Shown here piece after piece: positions 28,717-39,466 of a stretch of 64,000 nt of DNA; the first letter of the stretch is position 1, and every line of letters begins with the position of its first letter. The notes beneath the pieces are model-generated. The model did not search any database. It saw nothing but the letters and a program-made list of their open reading frames with translations, and was not told where the DNA came from. Source of the stretch: Patescibacteria group bacterium (GTDB lineage Bacteria; Patescibacteriota; JABMPQ01); NCBI GenBank assembly GCA_041749335.1, contig JBGTBM010000010.1, forward strand, positions 4,533 through 68,532, given 5' to 3'. Position numbers and translations under genes: made by a program.

Positions 28717-30147
28717 TTAATTATGAATTATTACTGGCGTTCCAACCTCAGTCCAATTATACAATATTTCAGAATCTTTAATAGACAAATTAACACATCC
28801 ATGGCTCATAGGATGTCCAAAGTTATTATGCCAATATGCTCCGTGGATAGTATAAGGGCCAAGAAATTTTAATATATAGGGAACTCCCGGCAAGTAATAA
28901 TTTAATCTACTCCCGGAACCATAATAACCGGCCATGGTAGCCGATCTGACTTTTGAGTAAACGTTAAATGTTCCTACGGGTGTCGGAAAAGACAAACCGG
29001 TTGAAGTCAATATTTCTCCTACCTTTCGACCATTTTCAAAATATTTTAATTTTTGTTCTGAAAGAATTACTTCAATATATTTTGGATAAGGATATTTGGC
29101 AGCTTCTCCCGATATCCTTTGTGGTATAGTAATAAGTTCTTTCGAATACCCTCCGTCAATATCTGCGATGGCTATATCAAGACCACCTTTAAAATCCTCT
29201 TCATAAGCCATAAGATTTAAACCTACCGGTTCCCCCCAATATTTAAAAGATTTGACATGAGGGCCACCTCTTTCACTGGTACTAACTATAATGTCATCTT
29301 GGAAATCATTATTAATATCTGCAGATGTAACATTAACTCCTCCCTCAAAACTAGGATCAAACGCGAGAAATTCACCCCTTACGGTTTTTTCATTATTGGC
29401 TTCGTATATTTTTACCCAAGCTTGACCAAATGAATTTTGTGAAGTGATTATTTCATCGACACCGTCTCCATCTATATCTCCGGCGGCAACATCAACCCCT
29501 CCTTTAAAATTCTCATGAAAAGGAAAAAAATTAAATCTTTCCGTGCCATCCAATGAAAATATTCTAACGTGGGGGCCTCCTCCGGCCCCAGCCCCGGCTA
29601 TTATTTCATCCACGCCATCGCCATCAATATCTCCGGCAGCTACCCTGACTCCCCCTTCAAATCCAGCATTAAATGCTAAAAATTCACTCAAAATTGTTTT
29701 ATTTGAATCTACGTTATATACCTTAATCCATGCCTGTCCGTATCTAAATTGTCCAACTATTAATTCATCGATACTGTCGCCATCAACATCTCCGGCCGCT
29801 ACATCTACTCCGCCTTTAAAGTCAGTATGAAAAGGAAATACGTCCCAATTGACATAATAACCCGCTTGATTAAAAATTCTCACATGTGGGCCGCCCCCCG
29901 GACCGGCGCCAACAACAATATCACTACGTCCATCATTATTAAAATCTCCAACTGCTACCCTTCCGCCACCTAGAAATTTTTCATTAAACGCAAAAAAACT
30001 TAAATTTTGCTGGTTAGTGTTAACATTAAATATTTTTGCTTCCGGACTGCGTTCATCGCTTGCCGCGACAATGCCCGTAGATAAAAAGAAAAACAAAAAT
30101 AATATTAATATAAATAATCCTGATTTATTTTTTATTTTCGTCAACAT
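28717..30147 (-). CDS. secreted FG-GAP/VCBS-repeat protein with C-terminal L,D-transpeptidase (YkuD) domain
   Basis: Signal peptide; repeated …AAGD(I/V)DGDG(V/S)DE(L/I)I… FG-GAP repeats. C-terminal HGCVNLSIKDSEILY contains the catalytic Cys motif of YkuD. Confidence 0.7.
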   Translation of the reverse strand: MLTKIKNKSGLFILILFLFFFLSTGIVAASDERSPEAKIFNVNTNQQNLSFFAFNEKFLGGGRVAVGDFNNDGRSDIVVGAGPGGGPHVRIFNQAGYYVNWDVFPFHTDFKGGVDVAAGDVDGDSIDELIVGQFRYGQAWIKVYNVDSNKTILSEFLAFNAGFEGGVRVAAGDIDGDGVDEIIAGAGAGGGPHVRIFSLDGTERFNFFPFHENFKGGVDVAAGDIDGDGVDEIITSQNSFGQAWVKIYEANNEKTVRGEFLAFDPSFEGGVNVTSADINNDFQDDIIVSTSERGGPHVKSFKYWGEPVGLNLMAYEEDFKGGLDIAIADIDGGYSKELITIPQRISGEAAKYPYPKYIEVILSEQKLKYFENGRKVGEILTSTGLSFPTPVGTFNVYSKVRSATMAGYYGSGSRLNYYLPGVPYILKFLGPYTIHGAYWHNNFGHPMSHGCVNLSIKDSEILYNWTEVGTPVIIHN

Positions 30148-30175
30148 ATATTTATTTTGTCATTAAAATCTTCAA

Positions 30176-30607
30176 TTGTCAAAATATTTATCAACATCAA
30201 TATCTTTTTATGGTATATTGTTTATAAATATAACATTTATGAATAAAATTGAAAAGAATAAGTCCGAAAATATTAAACCTGGCAAAACCCCTCAATGGAT
30301 TAGAGATATCGCTGCGGGCAGTAAATTAAATAAAAACGATATAGCTTCCAAAAATTCATCAAAGCCGCTTATTGCCGCAGGAAATTTTAATATTAAAAAA
30401 CCTTTCAATTCTGCAAAAAAACATTTTCTAGATAATCCGAAAGAACAGATGAAATATACTGATCACATTAAAAAAGCGCGCGAACGATTATTAAAAATAG
30501 ATGAGCTTAAACGAGAAGCGGATAATCGAAATATTAAAATTGAAAAATCTATCGAACAGGAAGAGAAAAATATCGAACAAAAAATTATTAAACGCTTTAA
30601 AACATAA
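30176..30607 (+). CDS. hypothetical Lys-rich protein
   Basis: ORF only; alternative start MNKIEKN at ~30240. Confidence 0.25.
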   Translation: MSKYLSTSISFYGILFINITFMNKIEKNKSENIKPGKTPQWIRDIAAGSKLNKNDIASKNSSKPLIAAGNFNIKKPFNSAKKHFLDNPKEQMKYTDHIKKARERLLKIDELKREADNRNIKIEKSIEQEEKNIEQKIIKRFKT

Positions 30608-30608
30608 A

Positions 30609-32207
30609 TTATTTAACGACTTCTCCACCCATAATATCCAGAGCCGCATTTACTAAATCATGTGATGGCACTGCTGGCTTTTCATTTATATTGCTACGAT
30701 CTTCTGTTTTTAGATTTTTACTTTTATCTCCCAAAACGCATTTTATACCAATCGGGATTCCAATTTTTTTGTTAATTATGCCTTCAATTACATCTCTATT
30801 TTTAGAATTTTGAATACAATCTCGATGAAAGCTATAATCGCATTCAATAATTAAATCACCGCCACTGACTTTTAGGGGCCGACTGGAACGCATCGTTAAA
30901 CCCAAAGAATAATTTGTTTCAGTAATATTCTCTAAAATTTCTGCCCATTTAGAATTAATAGCGCTAAAATCTATTTTAGTATTATCAATAATTTTATCAG
31001 CCGGCTTCGATTTTATATTTACTTCGGTAACCGCTTTAGAGTTAACATTTTTTAATGAATTATCTTTTATTTTAATACTGTTATTTTCATCATTGCACGC
31101 AACATTTTTAACTTCTTCGGGTTGAATATATTTTATAATCGCCATTTCAAGCGGAAGTTGAACTATAGATGTATATTTCTGGATATTTTTTGATTCAATT
31201 AAATAATTAATAAAAGCAATGATATTTTTATTTTCTGTCTGTGATATCATTTCTTCTATTTTTGTCTTTTGGTCCTGATATATAAAAAATATTTCATCAT
31301 TGCCGGTATTCTTATAAAGCATTAAATTTCTTAAAAATTCGATCAGGCTATCCAGTAATAGCATCGGATTATATCCGCGCATAATTAAATCGTTGACGTT
31401 GTTCAAAGATTCCTTAATTTTATGGCCGAAAATCAAATAAGCTAATTCAATAATCAAATTTCCGCTAGCTAATCCCAAAAGATCAATTATATCTTTCTCT
31501 TCAATCTTATTTTTATCAAATGCAGATTGAACTTGTCCCAATAAACTTAAAGCGTCCCTGCTAGAGCCGTCTGAATTAATCGCAATCATTTTAATTGCTC
31601 CTTGGCTAATTTTAATTTTTTCAGTGTTGGCAATTTTGGCAAGATGTTCCGACAGTTCAGTAACATTAATTTTTTTAAAATCAAATCTTTGGCAGCGAGA
31701 TAAAATCGTCGCCGGAATCTTTTGCGGCTCTGTTGTCGCTAAAATAAATATTATGTGTTTTGGAGGCTCCTCTAGCGTTTTCAATAAAGCATTAAATGCT
31801 TCAATCGTAAGCATATGGACTTCATCTATGATAAAAACCCTATATTTGAGCTTACTGGGCATATATTTTATTTTTTCACGAAGCTCTCTAATCTCATCAA
31901 TACCTCTATTAGATGCGGCGTCTATTTCATTTATATCCACTGATCTTTCGGAAGCAATTTCCTGACAATTATCACACTTGCCGCATGATTCACCAGTTTT
32001 TTTATTTAAGTTAGTACAGTTAACCGCTTTGGCTAATAAACGGCCAATCGTTGTTTTCCCCACCCCCCTTGGTCCAGAAAATAAATAAGCGTGGGCAATT
32101 TTATTAAGTGCCAACGCATTTATTAATGTTTTTTTGACGTGTTCTTGATTAATTACATCAGAAAATTTTTGTGGCCGATATTTTCTATATAATGCTGCAT
32201 GTGACAT
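30609..32207 (-). CDS. dnaX: DNA polymerase III subunit gamma/tau
   Basis: Walker A GPRGVGKTT, zinc module CGKCDNC, Walker B IIDEVHM, sensor SRCQ. Confidence 0.85.
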   Translation of the reverse strand: MSHAALYRKYRPQKFSDVINQEHVKKTLINALALNKIAHAYLFSGPRGVGKTTIGRLLAKAVNCTNLNKKTGESCGKCDNCQEIASERSVDINEIDAASNRGIDEIRELREKIKYMPSKLKYRVFIIDEVHMLTIEAFNALLKTLEEPPKHIIFILATTEPQKIPATILSRCQRFDFKKINVTELSEHLAKIANTEKIKISQGAIKMIAINSDGSSRDALSLLGQVQSAFDKNKIEEKDIIDLLGLASGNLIIELAYLIFGHKIKESLNNVNDLIMRGYNPMLLLDSLIEFLRNLMLYKNTGNDEIFFIYQDQKTKIEEMISQTENKNIIAFINYLIESKNIQKYTSIVQLPLEMAIIKYIQPEEVKNVACNDENNSIKIKDNSLKNVNSKAVTEVNIKSKPADKIIDNTKIDFSAINSKWAEILENITETNYSLGLTMRSSRPLKVSGGDLIIECDYSFHRDCIQNSKNRDVIEGIINKKIGIPIGIKCVLGDKSKNLKTEDRSNINEKPAVPSHDLVNAALDIMGGEVVK

Positions 32208-32686
32208 TACTTTTTATTTAAGTCATATATATCTTGCTTAACATTATCATTATTTTCTTTAAAAGCCCAAAATTTATATCCGATAAAATTCCACACAAGC
32301 GCTACGCCAGTAGCTAATATTTTGGCTAAATTGACCCAAATGCCGGCTGAAAGATTAAATAATGGTTCTATATATGTAGATATGCCATAGACAATACTAC
32401 TATTTATAATTGCCCCGATAACACTAATAAACAAAAATTTTGAAAATTCTGAAGCGGCTTCTTTTTTATCTTTAGATTGAAAAGTCCAATATTTATTCCA
32501 AAAATAGCTATTAACGACTGCCATGGTAAAGGAAGCAATATTAAATAAAATCAGCCAATTACCGCTATATATTTTTGTTGTCCAAATCAATAAATTCAAC
32601 ACCGCAAAATCAACTATGGTATTCGATATTCCCACTAAGCCGAATTTAGCAATTTGCAATATTGTTTGAAATTTTTGTTTTAACAT
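32207..32686 (-). CDS. GtrA-family membrane protein
   Basis: 4 TM helices, …GLVGISNTIVDFAVLNLL… GtrA-like N-terminus. Confidence 0.55.
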   Translation of the reverse strand: MLKQKFQTILQIAKFGLVGISNTIVDFAVLNLLIWTTKIYSGNWLILFNIASFTMAVVNSYFWNKYWTFQSKDKKEAASEFSKFLFISVIGAIINSSIVYGISTYIEPLFNLSAGIWVNLAKILATGVALVWNFIGYKFWAFKENNDNVKQDIYDLNKK

Positions 32687-32688
32687 TT

Positions 32689-33336
32689 TTATATTTCTTC
32701 TAAACCATCACTGATGTTAATAATTTTATCATCGCTGGATTTTTTGTCCTCTTCAATATTACTAAGTTTTTTTATCACATTTTCAATAGCCGCCCAAGTA
32801 CTTTCCTTATCTTGAGGAATAATTATGGTAACTTCATCGCCCGGTTCAGCTTTAAAATAAGTTATACTGGCAAAAAGCACTTTATATTTTTTGTTTTCAG
32901 CCAAAATATAATATTCACCTTCCTCTTCCACCACTGTACCAATTATTTTTTTACGTTCAATCGGCCCAATTTGCTTAAAAACAAAAGAGCCATCCGGCTG
33001 AATTGTAAGTTTTAATATATCGCCCTCAACTAATTTTGACTTGCTGGCATAATTAGCAGGTACCGGATACATTCTATCATCGGGCCCTATCATGTTTTGG
33101 CCGTTGAAGACACCTTCAATAATCTTTCCATCTTCCATTACATTTAAACTCTTGGCAATTTTTTCAAAATCTCCACTTGAATTTCCAACTTTTATACTAG
33201 ATATTGGCTTTTCTCCGGTTATTTCAGCGACTAAATTCAAAGAATCCTCTAAATTCTTTTTAGTCATTTCGAGAGTCTTTTTAATAAGAGTTAATTTTTG
33301 TTTATCAATTGTACCTATTTCTTTTTTATCCTTCAT
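32689..33336 (-). CDS. hypothetical protein
   Basis: ORF only. Confidence 0.3.
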   Translation of the reverse strand: MKDKKEIGTIDKQKLTLIKKTLEMTKKNLEDSLNLVAEITGEKPISSIKVGNSSGDFEKIAKSLNVMEDGKIIEGVFNGQNMIGPDDRMYPVPANYASKSKLVEGDILKLTIQPDGSFVFKQIGPIERKKIIGTVVEEEGEYYILAENKKYKVLFASITYFKAEPGDEVTIIIPQDKESTWAAIENVIKKLSNIEEDKKSSDDKIINISDGLEEI

Positions 33337-33434
33337 TTATTTATTTCCTTTTTTATTTTGATTTATTTTTGTTTTTAATAATTTATTTATTATACTCGTT
33401 TTTTAGTTTTAGTCAATAAATTATGCAATTAAAC

Positions 33435-35909
33435 TTATTTGATGCTTTCTCCAACCGGATTTAAATCGGCCTGGCTTGATCCCAATTGAGATCTTTCCAT
33501 AATATCTATTTCAACAGTTTTTCGATCCTTGCCGTACTTTAAGCGCGATAATTGTTTAACAGCGTTGGCGATTTCCTGGCTGCCGCCTTCATAAGGAGGA
33601 TAAGTAGCCATTGTAAACGGAGCTGATTTCTGTGAATTTGCCATTAATCTTAAATATGCGTGAAATCTTTCAATATTAATTACATCCGTTTCAGAAAATA
33701 CCGGATCAAATTCTTTAGCTATTATTTCTGCATCTTCAACGCCAATGCGGAATGTGACGAATGATCCCACATTCCCAAAAACGGCATCGCGTATTTCTTC
33801 TTCTAATTGTGAAACATATTGGTGAGCAACTATTAGGTTCAATCGATATTTTCTAGCTTCCGCCAAAATAGACGCAAAACTATCGGTCGCAAAATTTTGA
33901 AACTCGTCTACATATAAATAAAAATCTTTTCTTTGCTCTTCGGGCATATCAGCTCTAGCCATGGCTGCCATTTGAATTTTAGAAACAATTATTAATCCTA
34001 ATAAGGAACTGTTAACTTCTCCAACTTTACCCTTAGATAAATTTACCAATAAAACCTTTTCATTATCCATTACGTCCCGCATATCAAAAGCTGACCGGCT
34101 TTGTCCCATAATATTGCGCATCATTTCATTTTCAACAAACCGACCGACTTTTGATATTAAATATCCCAGCATTTCCGACTTATGAAAATCAGAAGTTTTC
34201 GCCATTTCATTTTCCCAGAATGATCTTACGACCGGATCCTTTAATTTGTCTACCCAGCTTTTTTGATATTCTTGGTCAGTAAACATTCGCGGGATTTCTA
34301 TGATTGTTCCCGGATTTTCTTTGTCAGCCATCAAAGTCAGCATAACATTGCGCATATTATGTTCGAACATCGGTCCAATCATTTCCGGTGGAAATAATTT
34401 ATAGAATATATTGATCATTTCCTGTACCGCAAAGTCTTTTTGATCTTCAGATTTGAATTCCAGCATATTTAAACCCATTGGCCTTTCCATATCAAATGGT
34501 TCAAAAAGAATAACATCTTCAGCTCTTTCTTTTGGAATATGCGGTAAAACGCCGTCAATTAAATCTCCATGCGGATCTACGACGCAAACACCTTTGCCGG
34601 CCTGAATATCCTGAATAATCATATTTTGTAAAAATACGGACTTACCGGTACCAGTCTGTCCAATAATATACATATGCCTTCTTCTATCGTTATCTTGAAT
34701 ATTAATTTTTGTTTCTATTCCGCGATAATTATTCTTTCCCAAAAGCAAACCCTCCTTGGGCATGTTGGGTGGAGGCGGCGCATCTTTAGATAATAACCAT
34801 TTTATGTTTGGAGTTTCAGTAAATTTAGTCGGCAGATGGGAAATACTAGCCAGTTCTTCAGTATTTAAAATTGTTTTATTAGTAATACCAATTTTAATAC
34901 TAACAAAATTTCTAAATATAAAATCATGAATAAAATTTCTTTTTCTATGCGGTAACCGAACTATAATTTTATTCAAGTTGGGATCGGTATATTGAGTAAA
35001 GGTATCTTTAATGTTATTAAAATAACTATCGGCTAATTCTTGGGTTTGAGCGGATGCAATTACTCTAATACATACTTCATATCCTAATTTTGATGACTTT
35101 TCCTCAATTTTTTTCATTACTTCTTCTTCTACCGGTGTTAGCATAGCTTGTTGTTGTTGAGATTGCCCTTTTTGCTCTTTTGATACTCCAATATTTCCAA
35201 TAATTTGAGATGGTTGATTCGAAATTATTGATGTTGCAGACTTAAGAGATTTACCGCTTCTCATTTTTTTTGCAATTTGTTTTCCCCTTCTGGACCATTT
35301 AACTGCGGGTCTAAATAATATTTGAATTACAGCTCCTTCATCCTCTTTCAACTTACTTAGCGCATTAGTCAATGAATTCAATGGATCCGCTTCCAAATTT
35401 TGATATGTTTTTATCGGCAAATAATACGATTTTGCCAATGTCATATAACCGCCCTTTACTTTATACCCCGGCTTAAAAATATTATAATCTCCCGATTCTT
35501 CAATAACTGATTTGGGATACTGAGATTGAATAGTCTTTTCTACGTACTCACGATATTTTCTAGGCGTAATTACATAAAACCTTATTTCTCCGTTTACAGC
35601 TGCTATTTCAATGCCCAAATAATCACTGCCAAATATTGATGAAAATAAACCTTTTTTCTTAATAGCATGCAAATTGGCATAAACCTGCTCAGCAATTGAT
35701 ATTATTTCTTTTTCCTCTTTTTTAGCTTCTTCAGTGATCGGCTTTATTTCCTTAGGCACTGTCACCAACAAAGCAACCATATTAAGAGATCGGGGCAATA
35801 AATTTCGATTTTTTAACCATCTTAGCGTTAATATTACCGCAACAAAAAAAACTAGCGCCATAACTGCAATAAAAATATATAACTGAGTATTTGTATAATA
35901 TATAATCAT
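33435..35909 (-). CDS. type IV secretion/conjugation-type ATPase (TraG/VirD4/TraD or VirB4-like coupling ATPase) with N-terminal TM
   Basis: N-terminal TM helix. Walker A IIGQTGTGKS, Walker B YLYVDEFQNF, …VAHQY… motif. Confidence 0.6.
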   Translation of the reverse strand: MIIYYTNTQLYIFIAVMALVFFVAVILTLRWLKNRNLLPRSLNMVALLVTVPKEIKPITEEAKKEEKEIISIAEQVYANLHAIKKKGLFSSIFGSDYLGIEIAAVNGEIRFYVITPRKYREYVEKTIQSQYPKSVIEESGDYNIFKPGYKVKGGYMTLAKSYYLPIKTYQNLEADPLNSLTNALSKLKEDEGAVIQILFRPAVKWSRRGKQIAKKMRSGKSLKSATSIISNQPSQIIGNIGVSKEQKGQSQQQQAMLTPVEEEVMKKIEEKSSKLGYEVCIRVIASAQTQELADSYFNNIKDTFTQYTDPNLNKIIVRLPHRKRNFIHDFIFRNFVSIKIGITNKTILNTEELASISHLPTKFTETPNIKWLLSKDAPPPPNMPKEGLLLGKNNYRGIETKINIQDNDRRRHMYIIGQTGTGKSVFLQNMIIQDIQAGKGVCVVDPHGDLIDGVLPHIPKERAEDVILFEPFDMERPMGLNMLEFKSEDQKDFAVQEMINIFYKLFPPEMIGPMFEHNMRNVMLTLMADKENPGTIIEIPRMFTDQEYQKSWVDKLKDPVVRSFWENEMAKTSDFHKSEMLGYLISKVGRFVENEMMRNIMGQSRSAFDMRDVMDNEKVLLVNLSKGKVGEVNSSLLGLIIVSKIQMAAMARADMPEEQRKDFYLYVDEFQNFATDSFASILAEARKYRLNLIVAHQYVSQLEEEIRDAVFGNVGSFVTFRIGVEDAEIIAKEFDPVFSETDVINIERFHAYLRLMANSQKSAPFTMATYPPYEGGSQEIANAVKQLSRLKYGKDRKTVEIDIMERSQLGSSQADLNPVGESIK

Positions 35910-35922
35910 TTAATGTTTCTGC

Positions 35923-36387
35923 TTATTTTTGTTTTATTTTTCTATTTTTTAAAAGCAGTAAATATAATTCATTGACCAACGTATCATGAAATTCATCCAA
36001 TAAATAGGGATCTTTTAATTTTTTTGCGATATCGGCAGCGTAATGTATACCCTTTTTAAAAGCCAAATAGACCAAAACTTTAATTTGTTTAGGTTTGTCC
36101 ATATTCATAATATCCTTTAATTCTTCCAATATTTCGTCATCTTTCATAATCGGAGAAACACGAGGCGGTTTTGAAGGAGTTGCATCTTCTTTAGCTTCCG
36201 CCACTTGCTCTTTAGCTTGCTCAATTTGCTGCTCCGGCTGTTCAGGTGCTGATTCCGGCGCCATACCCTCATTTTTAGGTAGCTGTTCCGGTGCTTTTTC
36301 TGGCGCATCTTCACGCACGATGGGTTCCTCGGGATGAATAGAAGGAATATCTTGGCGTTCTTCTTCTTTTTTTATTATATCTACCAT
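35923..36387 (-). CDS. hypothetical acidic Pro/Glu-rich protein
   Basis: ORF only; low-complexity PEx repeats. Confidence 0.3.
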   Translation of the reverse strand: MVDIIKKEEERQDIPSIHPEEPIVREDAPEKAPEQLPKNEGMAPESAPEQPEQQIEQAKEQVAEAKEDATPSKPPRVSPIMKDDEILEELKDIMNMDKPKQIKVLVYLAFKKGIHYAADIAKKLKDPYLLDEFHDTLVNELYLLLLKNRKIKQK

Positions 36388-36440
36388 AATTATTTATTAT
36401 ATATATTATATCATAAATTTAACCAATAATAAAGCATAAA

Positions 36441-36941
36441 TTATTTACTTCCATTGCAGCTATTTTCATTCCATAACCCTCTTTTTTCAGCGAAAGACCG
36501 TTTCTCGGCTTTTTCAAATTGACGCGAATAGCTAACATTAGGCAAAACATGCAAATCACGGGCGTATCCTTCTTCTACTAACTTTAAATTAACGAAGATG
36601 TCATCGATATAAACATACCTCAATATTCTACCGAACTTATCTTTATTTTTGATATCGCGTTTTAAAACTATTTCTTTTCCTTCTAATAATTTTCTGTTGT
36701 ATTCGGTTGCTTCCGGACCAAAACATTCAATGGCAGTAAGCGGTGGTGACGTTTCCGGGGTATCAATGCCGATATATCTTACTGTTTCACCGCTTTCAAG
36801 TTCAATAGTATCGCCATCTACTACTTTGGCCACTACTCCACGTTCTTGGCTATAAGTTTTTTGCCAAAACAAAAATAACATAATCATAACTATGCTAAAA
36901 AATATTCTCAAGATATTTTTCGTGGTTAGCCTTATCCGCAA
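36441..36941 (-). CDS. thermonuclease (staphylococcal nuclease/SNase-like), membrane-anchored or secreted
   Basis: N-terminal hydrophobic segment. VVDGDTIELESGETVRYIGIDTPE and …RYVYIDD…NLKLVEEGYA SNase motifs. Confidence 0.75.
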   Translation of the reverse strand: MRIRLTTKNILRIFFSIVMIMLFLFWQKTYSQERGVVAKVVDGDTIELESGETVRYIGIDTPETSPPLTAIECFGPEATEYNRKLLEGKEIVLKRDIKNKDKFGRILRYVYIDDIFVNLKLVEEGYARDLHVLPNVSYSRQFEKAEKRSFAEKRGLWNENSCNGSK

Positions 36942-37025
36942 ATATATTTATTATTTATCTAAATTTATGTTACAGTATATTTAATCTATATCAACTAATT
37001 TTTATTAAAAAAATAAAAAATAAAT

Positions 37026-37940
37026 ATGAAAATTAAAGAGATAAAAACAAAAAATCTGATCTGGACTGATATTGAAAAACCCAGCCGTAAAAAACTCACT
37101 GAACTGAAGCATAAATATGGTTTTCATTCTTTGGACATAGAGGACGTATTAACTTATACCCAGAGGCCAAAGATTGAAAAATACGATAATTATTATTTTC
37201 TAATCCTGCGTTTTCCGGTTTTTGATAAAAAGAGCAAGAAATTCAAGATAATAGAATTTGATATTTTTAGCGGTAAGAACTTTTTTATCAGCATTCACCA
37301 AGACAATATTGATCCAATTATAAAATTCATTAAATCGTGCTCTATCAATAATGATATAAAAAATAATAGCTGCCAAGACCCCGGTATGATTTTATATCAT
37401 ATTTTAAAAGATCTTTTTTTATACTGCTTCCCTATTATCGACCATATCAATGACGATATTGATAACATTGATGAAAATATCTTCCAACATAAAGAAAAAG
37501 AAATGCTTGAAGAAATATTATTGGTCAAAAGAAATATTATCACATTGCGCCGCGTAATTGGACCGCATAGAAAAATAATTGCATTACTAAATAAAAAAGG
37601 AGTGAGCCCTTTTTCTAAAAATTTAAATATTTATTATGATGATCTTACTGATTACATCGAAAGAATATGGGATATTCTGGAAAATCAGCGAGAAACTATT
37701 TTTTCATTAGAGCATACTAATGAAACGATAATTTCACATAAATCATCAGAAATTATTAAAATTTTAACGATTTTTTCAGCATTATTGCTTCCCTTGGCCC
37801 TAATCGCGAATATTTATGGAATGAATGTTGCCGGAATTCCATTTCTTGATCATCCCGACTCATTTTTAATAATTGTAAGCATAATGGCTATTTCATCTTT
37901 GGTTTTTATTTTATATTTCATTAGAAATAAATGGCTTTAA
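37026..37940 (+). CDS. corA: magnesium/cobalt transporter CorA
   Basis: C-terminal two TM helices with YGMN (GMN) motif. Confidence 0.85.
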   Translation: MKIKEIKTKNLIWTDIEKPSRKKLTELKHKYGFHSLDIEDVLTYTQRPKIEKYDNYYFLILRFPVFDKKSKKFKIIEFDIFSGKNFFISIHQDNIDPIIKFIKSCSINNDIKNNSCQDPGMILYHILKDLFLYCFPIIDHINDDIDNIDENIFQHKEKEMLEEILLVKRNIITLRRVIGPHRKIIALLNKKGVSPFSKNLNIYYDDLTDYIERIWDILENQRETIFSLEHTNETIISHKSSEIIKILTIFSALLLPLALIANIYGMNVAGIPFLDHPDSFLIIVSIMAISSLVFILYFIRNKWL

Positions 37941-37960
37941 CATACTAATCACAATTTATG

Positions 37961-37989
37961 CCCCTGTAATATCATCCAGGGGTTTTTTA
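37961..37989 (+). terminator. rho-independent terminator after corA
   Basis: cccctg-taatatcat-ccagggg hairpin plus T6. Confidence 0.6.
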
Positions 37990-38032
37990 TTTTATTAGAA
38001 ATGATAATATTAATTAAGTTAACTAAATTAAT

Positions 38033-39409
38033 ATGAATTTAAAACTTTACAATACCGCAAAAAAAGAAGTGGTTAAATTTAAGCCAATGCAAAATAATCA
38101 GGTAAAGCTTTATACCTGCGGACCAACGGTTTATGATTACGCGCATATTGGAAATCTAAGATCATATATATTTGAAGATGTTCTTAAAAGAACTTTGATA
38201 TTTAACGGTTTTAAAGTTAAACATGTAATGAACATTACCGATGTTGGCCATCTAACATCGGATGCAGATCTGGGTGAAGATAAAATGGAAATAAGGGCCG
38301 CCAAAGAAAATAAAACCGTTACAGAAATTGCAAAAAAATATACCAATCAATTTTTAAAAGATACTAAGAGGCTTAATATCATTGAACCGGATATATTAAC
38401 TAAGGCTACCAGCAACATCAAAGAACAGATAGAATTTATTAAAAAATTAGAGACTAAGGGCTTTATTTATCAAACTAAGGATGGAGTTTATTTTAACACC
38501 GCAAAATTTCCCCGCTATGGTAATTTTGCCCGGCTTGACATTAAGGGACTTAAGGCGGGAGCTAGAATTAAAAATGGCATCAAAAAGAAAAACATTACTG
38601 ATTTTGCTTTATGGAAATTTTCACCTCAAAATAAAAGCAGATTACAAGAATGGAAATCGCCCTGGGGGGTTGGATTCCCGGGTTGGCACATAGAGTGTTC
38701 AGCTATGGCAATGAAGTATTTAGGAGAACAAATAGATATTCACTGCGGCGGAATCGAGCATATACCCGTCCATCATACTAATGAAATAGCCCAAACGGAA
38801 AGCTTAACTGGTAAAAAATTTGCGAACTTTTGGCTGCATAACGAGCACCTGCTTTTTGAAGGAAAAAAGATGAGCAAGTCAAAAGGCAATTACGCTATTT
38901 TACAAGATTTGGTAAATAAAAATTATTGCCCGCTCGCCTACCGCCATTTAATATTAACCGCCCATTATCGCTCAAAAATTAATTTTACTTGGGAAAGCCT
39001 ACAGTCCTCACAACATTATTTGAATAATTTATACCGGAAATTAAAAGACCTGGAAGCCCCAACAAATATTGATTCGGTTTATTTAGAGAAATTCACTTTA
39101 GCCATAAATAACGACCTTGATACTCCTCAAGCTTTAGCAATAATGCAGGAATTGTTAAAGGCTGAAATTAATTCCGATATCAAAGCGGCAACTTTGATAA
39201 AATTTGATGAAATATTAGCTTTAAATATAAAAAATTATATTTCCAAAACTGAGCCAATTCCACAAAATATCAAAGACTTACTTGCACAAAGAGAACAAGC
39301 GAGATTGAAAAAGGATTTTAAAAATTCCGATTTTATAAGAAGTCAAATACTTGAATTGGGATATGAAATTAAAGACTCGCCTTCCGGGCCTAAAATCGTT
39401 AAAATATAG
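38033..39409 (+). CDS. cysS: cysteinyl-tRNA synthetase
   Basis: HIGN (HIGNLRSY) and KMSKS motifs; Cys/His zinc ligands. Confidence 0.9.
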   Translation: MNLKLYNTAKKEVVKFKPMQNNQVKLYTCGPTVYDYAHIGNLRSYIFEDVLKRTLIFNGFKVKHVMNITDVGHLTSDADLGEDKMEIRAAKENKTVTEIAKKYTNQFLKDTKRLNIIEPDILTKATSNIKEQIEFIKKLETKGFIYQTKDGVYFNTAKFPRYGNFARLDIKGLKAGARIKNGIKKKNITDFALWKFSPQNKSRLQEWKSPWGVGFPGWHIECSAMAMKYLGEQIDIHCGGIEHIPVHHTNEIAQTESLTGKKFANFWLHNEHLLFEGKKMSKSKGNYAILQDLVNKNYCPLAYRHLILTAHYRSKINFTWESLQSSQHYLNNLYRKLKDLEAPTNIDSVYLEKFTLAINNDLDTPQALAIMQELLKAEINSDIKAATLIKFDEILALNIKNYISKTEPIPQNIKDLLAQREQARLKKDFKNSDFIRSQILELGYEIKDSPSGPKIVKI

Positions 39410-39466
39410 TATTGTCCCGAGATGTTGATTATGATATTCTAATCTAACCTATTTTTTCTACCAACA

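Noticed and set aside
36095-36337. 80-aa Ser/Gly-rich + strand ORF
   Set aside because: It is antisense to the acidic Pro/Glu-rich gene and is a compositional artefact.
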